From: an uncultured Clostridia bacterium
Lineage (GTDB): Bacteria; Bacillota; Clostridia; Christensenellales; CAG-138
DNA: 64,000 nt
Assembly (NCBI GenBank): GCA_947166925.1
Contig: CAMVGD010000001.1
Span: 41,574 to 105,573, forward strand
Direction of reading: 5' to 3'
Shown: in pieces, positions 1 through 9,439 of the stretch
Layout of the letters: every line of letters starts with the position of its first letter
Numbering within the stretch: position 1 is the stretch's first letter
Notes under the pieces: model-generated
What the model was told of the DNA's origin: nothing
What the model saw: only the letters and a program-made list of their open reading frames with translations
Database searches by the model: none
Made by a program: the position numbers and the translations under genes

Positions 1-495
1 GACGCGGATTCCGGCACCAGTTCGTTCACAATGACCGGTGGCACGCTGACCTCCAAGAACGGCCATATCTTCCATGTCACCAACACGAACGCGGTGCTTA
101 CGCTGACGAACGTAACGCTTGTGAACGAGGACGGCGAAAACGTCCTGCTCTCCGTCTGCGCGGACGGCTGGAGCGGCGGCAGCAACATTGCGACGCTGAA
201 TGCAATCAAACAAGCGCTTTCCGGCACGATTCTGGTCGGCAGCGATTCGACTCTGACGCTGAACCTCACCGATGGCTCGACCTTTACGGGCTGCATCCAC
301 GGTTCGATCACCAACGCCAAGGGCACGACAGTCTCGACAGAGGTCGGTACGGTGCATGTCACGCTGGATTCCACGTCGACATGGACGCTGACGGGCGATA
401 CCTATATTACGTCGTTCACCGGCGACGCGTCCAATATCATTTCCAACGGCTATACGCTGTACGTCAACGGCGTTGCGCTTTCCGGAACGAAATAA
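1..495 (+). CDS. C-terminal part of a larger Thr/Asn/Gly-rich repeat (beta-helix-like) secreted protein; the 5' end lies outside the window
   Basis: Frame 1 is open from base 1 (DADSGTSSFT precedes the listed Met at 31) to TAA 493-495. It carries repetitive strands (TLTLTNVTLVN, TLTLNLTDGSTFTG, TWTLTGDTYITS). A hairpin terminator follows. Confidence 0.5.
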   Translation, partial: DADSGTSSFTMTGGTLTSKNGHIFHVTNTNAVLTLTNVTLVNEDGENVLLSVCADGWSGGSNIATLNAIKQALSGTILVGSDSTLTLNLTDGSTFTGCIHGSITNAKGTTVSTEVGTVHVTLDSTSTWTLTGDTYITSFTGDASNIISNGYTLYVNGVALSGTK

Positions 496-509
496 AAAGA
501 GTCATTTAC

Positions 510-548
510 AAAGCCCGAAGCGCACGCACGCTTCGGGCTTTGCTGTTT
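510..548. terminator. Hairpin terminator between convergent genes
   Basis: aaagcccgaagcg (510-522) pairs with cgcttcgggcttt (529-541). It has an A-run 5' and a T-rich tail 3', and sits between the + gene ending at 495 and the - gene ending at 559. Confidence 0.6.
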
Positions 549-558
549 CATGGCGCTG

Positions 559-921
559 CTATTCGCCATAAACCACTTCCCGGATCACGATCTCCTCCGC
601 GCGGGCGCGGAGGTTGTTCATGCGGCGGAGCCATTCCATCTGATCGGCGGCCTTCAGCGCTTCGGTGACGCCTTCGGCGGCTGCCAATTGGAGGACTGTT
701 GATTCAAGCTGCTCCCATGCCGTGCGGTCGACGTCCAGAAGATGTTCCGTCAGTTTGTCGGAGAGAACGAGAGCGGTGAACGTGCCGTCATGCCTCTCTT
801 CAAGATAGTGCTTGCGCATGCGTCCGTATTTGCCGAGCGTTCCCTCCGGCTGTGCGTCCATGACAAGGTTTGGGATTCGGATATTGCCGACCGTCGTATA
901 AGTGACGTCCATTTTCTTCAC
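559..921 (-). CDS. tnpV: Transposon-encoded TnpV-family protein
   Basis: The 120-aa protein has the pattern I recall for TnpV of Tn4451-like clostridial elements: GKYGRMRKHYLEE...EGVTEALKAADQMEWLRRMNNLRARAEEIVIREVVY. A GGAGGTG RBS lies 6 nt upstream of the ATG. Confidence 0.8.
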   Translation of the reverse strand: MKKMDVTYTTVGNIRIPNLVMDAQPEGTLGKYGRMRKHYLEERHDGTFTALVLSDKLTEHLLDVDRTAWEQLESTVLQLAAAEGVTEALKAADQMEWLRRMNNLRARAEEIVIREVVYGE

Positions 922-934
922 CTCCTCAATGAAT

Positions 935-1110
935 GCAATGCACCGGGCGCGGGGTACGGGTTCGCGGGATCGAAACGCGGATTCCGAGCAGAATCGGGAG
1001 GTTCTGCCTTGCGAACTCGATGAGATCCCTCGCCATGAAGAGCGGACGATAAGTGAAACACGTTATAGAAAAGCGTCTGTTATTCTTGATTCCAATAAAT
1101 CTAAGCGTGT
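935..1110 (-). pseudogene. Remnant of an unknown gene immediately upstream of tnpV; homologous to 8364-8639
   Basis: The minus-frame translation IGIKNNRRFSITCFTYRPLFMARDLIEFARQNLPILLGIRVSIPRTRTPRPVHCIH* aligns with the C-terminus of ORF 8364-8639 (VGIKTS...FMVAATDLVEFAKTHLPILLGTQVTVSRKQIPRPVHRIH*). Stop codons lie upstream in the same frame. Confidence 0.4.
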
Positions 1111-1173
1111 CTTGAAGAATTCAGGGAACTTCCCGATATGATAGCCTCACACGTTGTTCCTTGCAGAATCTGC

Positions 1174-1220
1174 TTGACAAACTGTGTGACGGATCGTATA
1201 GTTATTTCACCATATGAAAT
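1174..1220 (+). promoter_or_regulatory. Candidate sigma-A promoter plus inverted repeat upstream of the MarR gene
   Basis: TTGACA (1174-1179), a 17-nt spacer, then TATAGT (1197-1202). An inverted repeat ATTTCA-n5-TGAAAT at 1204-1220 is a possible MarR operator. Confidence 0.45.
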
Positions 1221-1238
1221 ATTTTTGAGGTGAACGAA

Positions 1239-1703
1239 ATGGAACAGAGACGGTATGACCGGGACGCCGTGCAGCGTATGCGTACGATCATGCAGAGGAT
1301 CCGAAACTGTCCCGCAAACAAGGACGCCATGGGTCTGTCCGTCGGCGAGAAGGGGCTGTTAAGCTGCCTGTCCTTCCGGAAGGACGGTGTGACGGCAGGC
1401 GAACTGAAGCAAATGACCGGCATCGGCGCGAGCGGCGTCACGAACCTGATGAACGCTCTGGAACGGAAAGGACTGATCCGGCGGGAGATGAATCCGAAGG
1501 ACCGGCGGAGCGTGATCGTGACCATTTCCGAATCCGGGCAGACGCTGATCCAAAATCAACAGGAAAAAATCCTTTCCTTCACGCAGGAGCTTTTGTTCCG
1601 AATGGGAGAAAAAGATACGGAAGAACTCCTGCGGATCCTGGAGAAAATGAGCAGGATCAGTGAAGAACTGTATGCGGAAAGGTCGGAAGCGGAACATGAT
1701 TAA
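1239..1703 (+). CDS. MarR-family transcriptional regulator
   Basis: Winged-HTH pattern (LSVGEKGLLSCL...TAGELKQMTGIGASGVTNLMNALERKGLIRREMNPKDRRSVIV). GAGGTG lies 7 nt before ATG 1239; the track start GTG 1230 is an alternative. The stop overlaps the next gene's start (ATGATTAA). Confidence 0.85.
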   Translation: MEQRRYDRDAVQRMRTIMQRIRNCPANKDAMGLSVGEKGLLSCLSFRKDGVTAGELKQMTGIGASGVTNLMNALERKGLIRREMNPKDRRSVIVTISESGQTLIQNQQEKILSFTQELLFRMGEKDTEELLRILEKMSRISEELYAERSEAEHD

Positions 1704-3468
1704 AGTATTTCGATACATGAAAAAACGCGATGCGCTGTACGCGCTGCTTTGCCTGTTGCTCGTCGCGGGGCAGGTGTGGTTTGATCTGACCATGCCGGAT
1801 TTTATGAGCGACATCACGACGCTGATTCTGACGCCGGGAAGCGCCATGAGAAACATCTGGATCGCCGGAGCAAAGATGCTCGGCTGCGCGCTGGGCAGCA
1901 CGGCGCTTGCGGTGATCGTCGGCTTTTTTGCCGCAAAACTCGCGTCGAACTTCAGCGCGACCGTCCGGGAAAAGGTCTTTTACCGGGTGACGGATTACGG
2001 CGAAAACGAAATCAAGAAGTTTTCCACCGCAAGTCTGATCACCAGAACCACGAATGATATCACGCAGATCCAGATGCTGATCGCAATCGGCCTGCAGGTC
2101 ATGATCAAAGCGCCGATCATGGCGGTATGGGCGGTACTGAAGATCGTCGGAAAAAGCCTGGAGCTTTCGCTGGTGACGGCGCTTGCCGTCGTCCTGATCA
2201 TGGCGGTCATCGGCGTTCTTATGGCGCTGGTCATCCCGAAGTTCCGTATCGTACAGAAGCAGATCGACGATGTGAACCGCGTTTCGCGCGAGAACCTGAC
2301 CGGACTGCGCATCGTGCGCGCGTTCAACGCGGAGTCGTATCAAGAGGATAAGTTTGAAACGGCAAATACTGCGCTGATGCGCACGCAGCTCTATACTTCG
2401 CGCAGGCTTGCGATTCTGATGCCGTTCATTTCCATGATCATGAGCGGTCTGTCTCTGGCAATCTACTGGCTCGGTGCGGCGCTGATCAACAACATTGCGG
2501 TCACCGGACAGGAAGCGATTCTTGCGCGCGTCGATCTGTTCAGCGAAGTCGTTGTGTTTTCATCCTACGCGATGTACGTGGTCATGTCGTTCATGATGCT
2601 CGTCATGATTTTCATGATGCTGCCGCGCGCGCAGGTCTCCGCCGCGCGTATTCAGGAAGTGATCGAAACGGAACCGTCGGTTCGGGAAGGCGCAGGCGCA
2701 GCGGCTTCGGACCGCGGTACGCTTGAGTTCAGAAACGTCTCCTTCCGGTATCCGGATGCGTCGGAGGATTGTCTCAAAAACATTTCCTTTACGGCGCGTT
2801 CCGGCGAAACGGTCGCCCTGATCGGCGCGACCGGCAGCGGCAAGACCACGCTCGTTTCGCTCGCCGCGCGCCTGTACGACACGACCGCGGGCGAGATTCT
2901 TCTGGACGGGCAGGACATCCGCGCATATACGTTTGCGGAGCTCTATGAAAAGGTCGGCTATATCGCGCAGAAAGCAGTGCTCTTTTCCGGTACGGTCAGG
3001 GAAAACCTGACTTTCGGCGACGCGGGACGCCCTGAGACGCAGGAAGAACTGAACGCCGCGCTTGAGATCGCGCAGGCGAAGGACTTTGTTGACGGCCTTC
3101 CGAACGGAATGCAGAGCGGGATCGCGCAGGGCGGCGCGAATCTGTCCGGCGGACAGAAGCAGCGGCTGACAATCGCCCGGACGATCGCAAGAAAGCCGGA
3201 GATCCTGATCTTCGACGATTCTTTCTCCGCACTCGATTACCGAACCGACGCCGCGCTCCGGAAGCGGCTGAGAACCGATCTTGCCGGTACGACCTGCCTC
3301 ATTGTGGCGCAGCGGATCGGAACGGTCAGGCACGCGGATCGCATCGTCGTGATCGACGACGGATCCGTTGCCGGAATCGGAACGCACGAAACGCTTTTGA
3401 AGCAGTGCGGCGTTTACCGGGAGATCGCGCTATCGCAGCTTTCGCCGGAAGAGTTGGAGGTGGGCTGA
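1696..3468 (+). CDS. ABC exporter, fused permease/ATP-binding subunit (multidrug type)
   Basis: N-terminal six-TM region; Walker A GATGSGKTT, signature LSGGQKQRL, Walker B ILIFDDS. The start ATG at 1696 is chosen for RBS and coupling to MarR. Confidence 0.9.
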   Translation: MIKVFRYMKKRDALYALLCLLLVAGQVWFDLTMPDFMSDITTLILTPGSAMRNIWIAGAKMLGCALGSTALAVIVGFFAAKLASNFSATVREKVFYRVTDYGENEIKKFSTASLITRTTNDITQIQMLIAIGLQVMIKAPIMAVWAVLKIVGKSLELSLVTALAVVLIMAVIGVLMALVIPKFRIVQKQIDDVNRVSRENLTGLRIVRAFNAESYQEDKFETANTALMRTQLYTSRRLAILMPFISMIMSGLSLAIYWLGAALINNIAVTGQEAILARVDLFSEVVVFSSYAMYVVMSFMMLVMIFMMLPRAQVSAARIQEVIETEPSVREGAGAAASDRGTLEFRNVSFRYPDASEDCLKNISFTARSGETVALIGATGSGKTTLVSLAARLYDTTAGEILLDGQDIRAYTFAELYEKVGYIAQKAVLFSGTVRENLTFGDAGRPETQEELNAALEIAQAKDFVDGLPNGMQSGIAQGGANLSGGQKQRLTIARTIARKPEILIFDDSFSALDYRTDAALRKRLRTDLAGTTCLIVAQRIGTVRHADRIVVIDDGSVAGIGTHETLLKQCGVYREIALSQLSPEELEVG

Positions 3469-3469
3469 C

Positions 3470-5275
3470 ATGGAAAGAAGAAGAGGACCGCACGGCGGAC
3501 CCGGACGGATCGCCGAAAAGCCGCATGATCTTAAAAAAACCATGGCGAACCTGCTTGCATACTGCAGCAGAGATCTGCTTGTCGTTGCGATTTCCCTGCT
3601 TTTTGCCGCGGGCGGCGCAATTCTGATCATCATCGGACCGAACCAGATCAGCAGGATCACCGATCTCATCAAAGACGGGATTATGACGGGCATCGATCTG
3701 AACGGCATCGCTCGTGTGGGGATCCTGCTCATCATCCTGTACGGCAGCGGCGCGATTTTGAGTTTTTTGCAGCATTACCTGATGGCGGGCTTCAACCAGC
3801 GTTTGTCCCTCCGGATGCGCAGAGATATTGTGGCAAAGATCAATCGGCTGAAGCTCAGTTATTTCAACTTCCATGAGTACGGCGACGTGCTGTCCCGCAT
3901 CACGAACGACGTGGATACCGTCAGCTCGTCTCTGTCCAATTCGCTGGCGACAGTGGTATCCTCCGCCGCGCAGTTTATCGGCTGCCTCGTCATGATGATC
4001 GTCACCAACTGGATCATGGCGGGAACCTCTGTGCTGTCCACGGTCTTTGCCTTTATCTTGATGACGCTGATCGTTCAAAAATCGCAGAAGCATTTCGTGG
4101 CGCGGCAGAGAAACCTCGGAAACCTCAACGGCTATATCGAGGAGATGTACGCCGGACACAGCGTGATCCGCACCTCAAACGCGGACGAAAGCGTCAAAGC
4201 TGAGTTCGGCCGTTTGAACGCCGAGGTGAAGAAGTCCAACTTCATGTCCCAGTTTCTGGGCGGACTGATGATGCCGCTGATGACGTTCATCGGCAACTTC
4301 GGATTTGTAGCGGTCTGCGTCGTCGGCGCGACGCTCGCGATGCACGATATCATCAGCTTCGGCGTTATCACGGCGTTCATGATCTATGTGCGCCTGTTCC
4401 AGAGTCCCGTGCAGCAGATCGGGCAGGCGATGACGAATATCCAGTCCGCAGCTGCTGCCGCGGAACGCGTGTTTGAGTTTCTGAACGAAGAGGAACTTGA
4501 AGATGAAAGTGAAAAGCAGCCGTGCTCCGGCGCGGTTCGCGGCGAGGTGGAGTTCCGTCATGTGAAGTTCGCCTATCCGGATAAGCCGGACGAAACGATC
4601 ATTCATGATTTTTCTGTGCATGTGATGCCCGGACAGAAGGTCGCGATCGTCGGACCGACCGGCGCGGGCAAGACGACGCTCGTCAATCTTCTGATGCGCT
4701 TCTATGAGGTTTCGGACGGCGACATTCTGATCGACGGCGTCAGCATCCGAGACATGCGCCGCAGCGACGTGCACGAACGCTTCGGCATGGTTCTGCAGGA
4801 CACCTGGCTGTTTGAAGGCACCGTGCGGGAGAATCTGATCTACAACACGCGGAACGCGACCGACGAACAAATGAAACGCGCGGCGAAAGCGTGCGGCGTG
4901 CATACGTTCATCAAAGCGCTGCCGCAGGGCTACGATACCGTGCTGTCAGACAACACTGCCGTTTCCGCAGGACAGAAGCAGCTGATGACGATCGCGCGCG
5001 CCATGATTCAGAACAGCCCCATGCTGATCCTTGACGAAGCGACGTCTTCGGTCGACACCCGCACCGAGCTTCTGACGCAACAGGCGATGGACCGGCTGAC
5101 CGAAAACCGTACAAGCTTCGTGATCGCGCACCGTCTTTCCACGATCCGCAACGCGGACATCATCCTTGTTCTCAAAGACGGCGATATCGTTGAGCAGGGC
5201 AGCCACGAGGAATTGATGAAACAGGGCGGTTTCTACGCGGAGCTGTACAACAGCCAGTTTGAAAGCGCGGCATAA
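3470..5275 (+). CDS. ABC exporter, fused permease/ATP-binding subunit (heterodimer partner)
   Basis: Starts 1 nt after the previous stop. Walker A GPTGAGKTT, signature VSAGQKQLM, Walker B LILDEATS. Confidence 0.9.
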   Translation: MERRRGPHGGPGRIAEKPHDLKKTMANLLAYCSRDLLVVAISLLFAAGGAILIIIGPNQISRITDLIKDGIMTGIDLNGIARVGILLIILYGSGAILSFLQHYLMAGFNQRLSLRMRRDIVAKINRLKLSYFNFHEYGDVLSRITNDVDTVSSSLSNSLATVVSSAAQFIGCLVMMIVTNWIMAGTSVLSTVFAFILMTLIVQKSQKHFVARQRNLGNLNGYIEEMYAGHSVIRTSNADESVKAEFGRLNAEVKKSNFMSQFLGGLMMPLMTFIGNFGFVAVCVVGATLAMHDIISFGVITAFMIYVRLFQSPVQQIGQAMTNIQSAAAAAERVFEFLNEEELEDESEKQPCSGAVRGEVEFRHVKFAYPDKPDETIIHDFSVHVMPGQKVAIVGPTGAGKTTLVNLLMRFYEVSDGDILIDGVSIRDMRRSDVHERFGMVLQDTWLFEGTVRENLIYNTRNATDEQMKRAAKACGVHTFIKALPQGYDTVLSDNTAVSAGQKQLMTIARAMIQNSPMLILDEATSSVDTRTELLTQQAMDRLTENRTSFVIAHRLSTIRNADIILVLKDGDIVEQGSHEELMKQGGFYAELYNSQFESAA

Positions 5276-5294
5276 AACGGGGGGACGAACGGAT

Positions 5295-6497
5295 ATGCAG
5301 TACAGAAAAGATAAAAAAGGGAATCTGCTGTCGGTGCTGGGCTTCGGCTGCATGCGGTTCCCGCAAAAGGGCAGAAGCATTGACCTTGAAGAAACCGAGC
5401 GGGAGATCATGGAGGCGTTTCACGCGGGCGTAAACTATTTCGACACCGCGTATATCTACGGAGGAAGCGAAGCGGCGCTCGGCGAGATTGTCGAACGCAA
5501 CGGCATCCGTGAAAAGATCAGCATCGCAACAAAACTGCCGCAGTACCTTGTCGGCAGCAGAGCGGCGCTGGACCGGTATTTCAACGAGCAGCTTACACGG
5601 CTTCGCACCGATCGCGTCGACTATTATCTCATGCACCATCTGACGGACGTTGCCATGTGGGAAAAGCTCAAATCGGTCGGCGTGATCGAGTGGATCGAAG
5701 AAAAAAAGAGGAACGGCGCGATCCGGCAGATCGGCTTTTCATATCACGGCAATACCGATGGGTTTTTGCGTATTCTGAACGATTATGACTGGGATATGTG
5801 CCAGATCCAGTATAACTATTTCGACGAGTACGCGCAGGCCGGCGTCGACGGTCTGAAGACGGCGGCGCAAAAAGGGATCCCCGTCGTCATCATGGAACCG
5901 CTGCGCGGCGGAAAGCTCGTCAATATGCTGCCCGCGCGGGCAAAGGAGATCATGCAGGACAGCGGGCGCGACTGGTCGCCGGCCGAATGGAGCTTCCGCT
6001 GGCTGTATAACCAGCCGGAGGTGACGGTCGTGCTTTCCGGCATGAATTCGCTCGATATGGTGCGCGAGAACTGCCGCACCGCGGACAGCGCGGGCGCCGG
6101 TACGTTCACGCAGGCGGATTTCGACGTGCTGAAGCGCGTGACCGGGGCGATCCGCGCATCGGACAAGGTCGGCTGCACCGGCTGCCGTTACTGCATGCCG
6201 TGCCCGAAAGGCGTGGATATTCCCGGAACATTCCGCTGCTATAACGCGATGTTTATCGAATCTCCGTCCGAGGGACGGATGCAGTTTGCACAGACCGTGG
6301 GGCTGACCCGGGAACCGGCGTTCGCGTCGCAATGCGTCCAATGCGGCAAATGCGAAAAGCACTGTCCGCAGGGCATTCCGATCCGCGAAAAACTGAAGGA
6401 GGCGGACAAAGCGCTGCGCCCCCTGCCGTATAAGATCGGCATCAACGTTGTGCGTAAATTCATGTTCCGTAAGACAAAAAAGAAAGAACAAACCTGA
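5295..6497 (+). CDS. Aldo/keto reductase with C-terminal 4Fe-4S cluster-binding region
   Basis: LGFGCMRF...DTAYIYGGSE...DYYLMH AKR motifs, plus C-terminal CTGCRYCMPCP and CVQCGKCEKHCP ferredoxin-like motifs. Confidence 0.85.
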   Translation: MQYRKDKKGNLLSVLGFGCMRFPQKGRSIDLEETEREIMEAFHAGVNYFDTAYIYGGSEAALGEIVERNGIREKISIATKLPQYLVGSRAALDRYFNEQLTRLRTDRVDYYLMHHLTDVAMWEKLKSVGVIEWIEEKKRNGAIRQIGFSYHGNTDGFLRILNDYDWDMCQIQYNYFDEYAQAGVDGLKTAAQKGIPVVIMEPLRGGKLVNMLPARAKEIMQDSGRDWSPAEWSFRWLYNQPEVTVVLSGMNSLDMVRENCRTADSAGAGTFTQADFDVLKRVTGAIRASDKVGCTGCRYCMPCPKGVDIPGTFRCYNAMFIESPSEGRMQFAQTVGLTREPAFASQCVQCGKCEKHCPQGIPIREKLKEADKALRPLPYKIGINVVRKFMFRKTKKKEQT

Positions 6498-6509
6498 AAG
6501 GAGAACAAT

Positions 6510-7319
6510 ATGATCGCATCGGAATGCATCAAAAAGCGCCGCAGCGTCCGCACCTTTGACGGAACCGCGCTGCGGGAGGAAGACGCGAAAAGGATCATCG
6601 CGTTTGCCGAAAAACTGGAAAACCCGTACGATATTTCGATCCGATGGAAACTGCTCGACGCGAAAAAACACGGGCTGAAAAGTCCGGTCATCGTCGGCAC
6701 GGACGACTTTATCGCCGGAAAGATGCCGCGTGTGCCGCACGCGGAGGAAGCGTTCGGATACGCGTTCGAAAAAGTCGTGCTGTTTGCCGGATCTCTCGGC
6801 GTCGGCACGACGTGGATCGCAGGAACGATGGACCGCCCCGCGTTTGAAAAAGCGATGGCGCTGAACGACGGTGAAGTCATGCCCTGCGTAAGCCCGCTCG
6901 GATATCCGGCAAAGAAGATGTCCGTGCGCGAGGCCATGATGCGAAAGAGCATAAAGGCGGATGCCCGTTTCCCGTTTGAAACGCTTTTCTTTGAAAACGG
7001 CTTCGACACGCCGCTGACGCCGGAAACGGCGGGTCCGCTGGTTTCGGCGCTCGAAGCGGTTCGCCTTGCGCCGAGCGCGGTGAACAAACAGCCGTGGCGC
7101 GTCGTCGTCTGCGGCGGCAAGGCACATTTTTACGAAAAACGCGGCAAAGGTTACGTTGCGGAAAACGGCTGGGACATCCAGAAGATCGACCTCGGCATCG
7201 CGCTCACGCACTTTGAACTGGCGGCAGCCGAAAGCGGACTGTCTCCCGCGCTGATCCTGGACGATCCGGGTCTGCGTACGCCCGACGATACCTTTTATAT
7301 TGCAACGTTTCTTTGTTGA
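6510..7319 (+). CDS. Nitroreductase-family protein
   Basis: N-terminal KKRRSVRTF and a later LAPSAVNKQPWR motif, typical of the nitroreductase fold. Confidence 0.8.
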   Translation: MIASECIKKRRSVRTFDGTALREEDAKRIIAFAEKLENPYDISIRWKLLDAKKHGLKSPVIVGTDDFIAGKMPRVPHAEEAFGYAFEKVVLFAGSLGVGTTWIAGTMDRPAFEKAMALNDGEVMPCVSPLGYPAKKMSVREAMMRKSIKADARFPFETLFFENGFDTPLTPETAGPLVSALEAVRLAPSAVNKQPWRVVVCGGKAHFYEKRGKGYVAENGWDIQKIDLGIALTHFELAAAESGLSPALILDDPGLRTPDDTFYIATFLC

Positions 7320-7325
7320 CGGACG

Positions 7326-7886
7326 ATGGGAATGCTGACAGTCTATCATACCGGCATCGAAGAAATCCCAAAACCCGATCTGCGCGTCGGCAGGAGAAAC
7401 GCCGACTTTGGGCAGGGCTTTTATCTTTCGGACGACGCGTCCTTTGCGCTCCGGTGGGCAAAGGAACGCGGCGATATGCCCTGCGTGCTGAACGTGTACC
7501 GGTTCAATCCAGAAGGTCTTCGCATCAGGCGTCTGTACCGCAGCGGCACATGGTTTGATTACATCTGCGCAAACCGCGCGGGACGTCCGGATGCGTTTTC
7601 GGCGTATGATGCGGTGATCGGTCCGATCGCCTGCGACACGCTGTACGATACGTGGGGCATTCTGACAAGCGGCATGATCGGAAAAAGGCTCGCCGTGGAA
7701 GCGTACCGGCTCGGACCGTATTACCGGCAGATCGTGCTGAAATCGGAAAAGGCTCTTTCGGGGCTTTGCTTTGTTTCGGCGCAGACCGTTGCAAAAGAAC
7801 AGATCGCCAAAAACAGAGCGGTCGTAAAACAGGAGGAACAGGCGTATCAGGAAAAAATGCTGCAGCTGCTCGACTCCGGAGAATAA
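7326..7886 (+). CDS. DUF3990 domain protein
   Basis: LTVYHTGIEEIPKPDL...NADFGQGFYLSDD resembles the DUF3990 N-terminal signature as I recall it. Confidence 0.65.
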   Translation: MGMLTVYHTGIEEIPKPDLRVGRRNADFGQGFYLSDDASFALRWAKERGDMPCVLNVYRFNPEGLRIRRLYRSGTWFDYICANRAGRPDAFSAYDAVIGPIACDTLYDTWGILTSGMIGKRLAVEAYRLGPYYRQIVLKSEKALSGLCFVSAQTVAKEQIAKNRAVVKQEEQAYQEKMLQLLDSGE

Positions 7887-7935
7887 AGAGTAAAAAAGGC
7901 ATTTATTAACCTAAAATTACAAAGGAGGTCATACA

Positions 7936-8346
7936 ATGAAAATCGCAGTCAGATACTACACAAAAACAGGCAATACCAAGCGTCTTGCGGAAGCGGTCGC
8001 AAAAGCGGTCGGCGTTGAAGCGCTGCCAATCAGCGAGCCCGTCACGGATCCCGTGGACATTCTATTTCTTGGGAACTCCTATTACGCCTTTACCATCGAT
8101 CCGGAGGTGCGCAGATTCGTCGCGTCGCTGAATAAGGAAAAGGTCGGGAAAATTGTCAACTTCGGGTCGGCGGCGATGCTGAATTCGACCTATAAAAAGG
8201 TCAAGGCGGAGGCCGCCAAAGCCGGCATTCCGATGGACGAACGTGAATTTCACTGCAAGGGCGAGTTTAAGGGGATCCATAAGGGAAAGCCGGATGCGGC
8301 AGACCTTGCCGCCGTTGCCGCATTCGCTGCGGAAATCGTCAAATAA
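7936..8346 (+). CDS. Flavodoxin-like protein
   Basis: MKIAVRYYTKTGNTKRLAEAVA is a flavodoxin FMN-loop pattern. A GGAGG RBS lies upstream. Confidence 0.75.
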   Translation: MKIAVRYYTKTGNTKRLAEAVAKAVGVEALPISEPVTDPVDILFLGNSYYAFTIDPEVRRFVASLNKEKVGKIVNFGSAAMLNSTYKKVKAEAAKAGIPMDEREFHCKGEFKGIHKGKPDAADLAAVAAFAAEIVK

Positions 8347-8363
8347 TCGAAGCTGTTTTGTTT

Positions 8364-8639
8364 TCAGTGGATCCGATGGACCGGACGCGGGATCTGCTTC
8401 CGGGAAACGGTGACCTGCGTTCCCAACAGAATCGGGAGATGGGTTTTTGCGAATTCAACCAGATCCGTCGCCGCTACCATAAAAATGACCATCCCAATCG
8501 GGTGGTCAATTTTTATTGCGGCTGATGTTTTGATTCCAACGGGCGCGAAGTGTCCGTTCGGTAACGCGCCCGCGCCCTCGGCGCGGATCAGCGCGTTCTC
8601 GGAGAAATCTCCTTGAAGAAAGGCGCGAAGCGCCTGCAA
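8364..8639 (-). pseudogene. Probable 5'-truncated gene remnant of unknown family; homolog of 935-1110
   Basis: The frame starts only at TTG, directly after an in-frame TGA (8640-8642). The C-terminal 55 aa align with the fragment upstream of tnpV, with conservative substitutions (I/V, R/K, S/T) and the same stop position. I could not assign a family. Confidence 0.35.
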
Positions 8640-8668
8640 TCAGATTTCTCCGTATCGGATCGCCGCTG
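8623..8668. repeat. 46-nt direct repeat, copy 1 (partner at 26568-26613)
   Basis: gcgcgaagcgcCtgcaatcagatttctccgTaTcGgatcgccgCtg matches the partner at 41 of 46 positions. It is embedded in a local hairpin (ggagaaatct 8601-8610 with agatttctcc 8642-8651). Confidence 0.8.
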
Positions 8669-8889
8669 CCATATTGTCTGCATGACGGACGTGCCGCTTC
8701 CGATTGACGAAAAAAACAGCTTCATTCCGTCGAATATCATATGAGAGAAAGATATTACATGTTTTCAATAAAGAATTAACAGCCAATCAAAAACGCTCCC
8801 GGTTCGGGCGACGCGCATAAGGAAGCTTTCTGTTGTGGAGGAGCGGAGCAGTCAGGCTGGCTGCTCTGTTCCTGTTTTGCAGAGCGCGT

Positions 8890-9066
8890 TCAGGCACTCT
8901 GCGTTTCATCAAAGAGGGAAATGAGTTCCGCTTCGTTCGGAACCTTGAACCTGCCGACGCCGGTGAAATAGATGTTCACCTGAACGCGCTTGTGTCCGTC
9001 GATCCTGACCGGGTTGTGAATCTCGATCCGTTCGATCAGCGATAAATAAAGCGTAGGGCAGCGGCT
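8890..9066 (-). pseudogene. Remnant of the C-terminus of a large serine recombinase (DUF4368-like)
   Basis: LYLSLIERIEIHNPVRIDGHKRVQVNIYFTGVGRFKVP matches the remembered DUF4368 pattern (lIerIeV...q.i.IyY.fvG). The sequence upstream in the same ORF shows no recombinase features. Confidence 0.45.
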
Positions 9067-9371
9067 TCGATATGTATGAGTACCGTTTTCAAGTGTGAAC
9101 ACTGCAAGAAAAGGACGAATCGGGACAATAAAAGATATCACTTTTTGTGCCGGTTCCATCCCTGCAAAAACAGATCGGTTTTGATCTGTTAGGGGTGAAC
9201 CAGCATTGGGGTGTGATGGCAATCCGTCCGTGAGAAACGTCCTTAAACCCGGAAATAAAGAATTGCCTTTCGCTTTCATTCCGTTTGTCGGAGAATCCAA
9301 AGAAATACGGTTCAACCACATGTATATTGTCGGGAAAAGAAATCCTTGCATTTTCTCTGTAACAAATCAGA

Positions 9372-9404
9372 TAAAAAAGGACTGCCCGGCGAAGCGGCAG
9401 TCCT
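9372..9404 (-). terminator. Rho-independent terminator of gene 9440-10723
   Basis: AGGACTGCC (9378-9386) pairs with GGCAGTCCT (9396-9404). The A-run at 9373-9378 on the + strand gives a T-run on the - strand. Confidence 0.7.
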
Positions 9405-9439
9405 ATTATCAGGAGGGGAAGGAGGTTTCAACTGTGGGA

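Noticed and set aside
8640-8642. An in-frame TGA preceded by a short ATG-initiated frame (MAAAIRYGEI-TGA-LQALRAF...) and followed by a small hairpin. A second in-frame TGA lies in the GNAT gene (63431-63433). I considered selenocysteine or TGA recoding.
   Set aside because: Many confident genes here terminate at TGA. There is no Cys-x-x-U style redox motif. The hairpin is a 5-6-bp triloop unlike known bacterial SECIS elements. Both loci show other signs of decay, namely truncation and a frameshift.
9165-9350. An orphan hairpin with a T-run on the minus strand (acagatc-aaaacc-gatctgt-ttttt at about 9168-9192), and a GGGGTGAACC motif reminiscent of the c-di-AMP (ydaO) riboswitch on the plus strand.
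   Set aside because: The other ydaO core elements (ACCCGAA.CCG..AGCTAACC) are missing. The region sits inside the degraded recombinase remnant and is most simply decayed element sequence.
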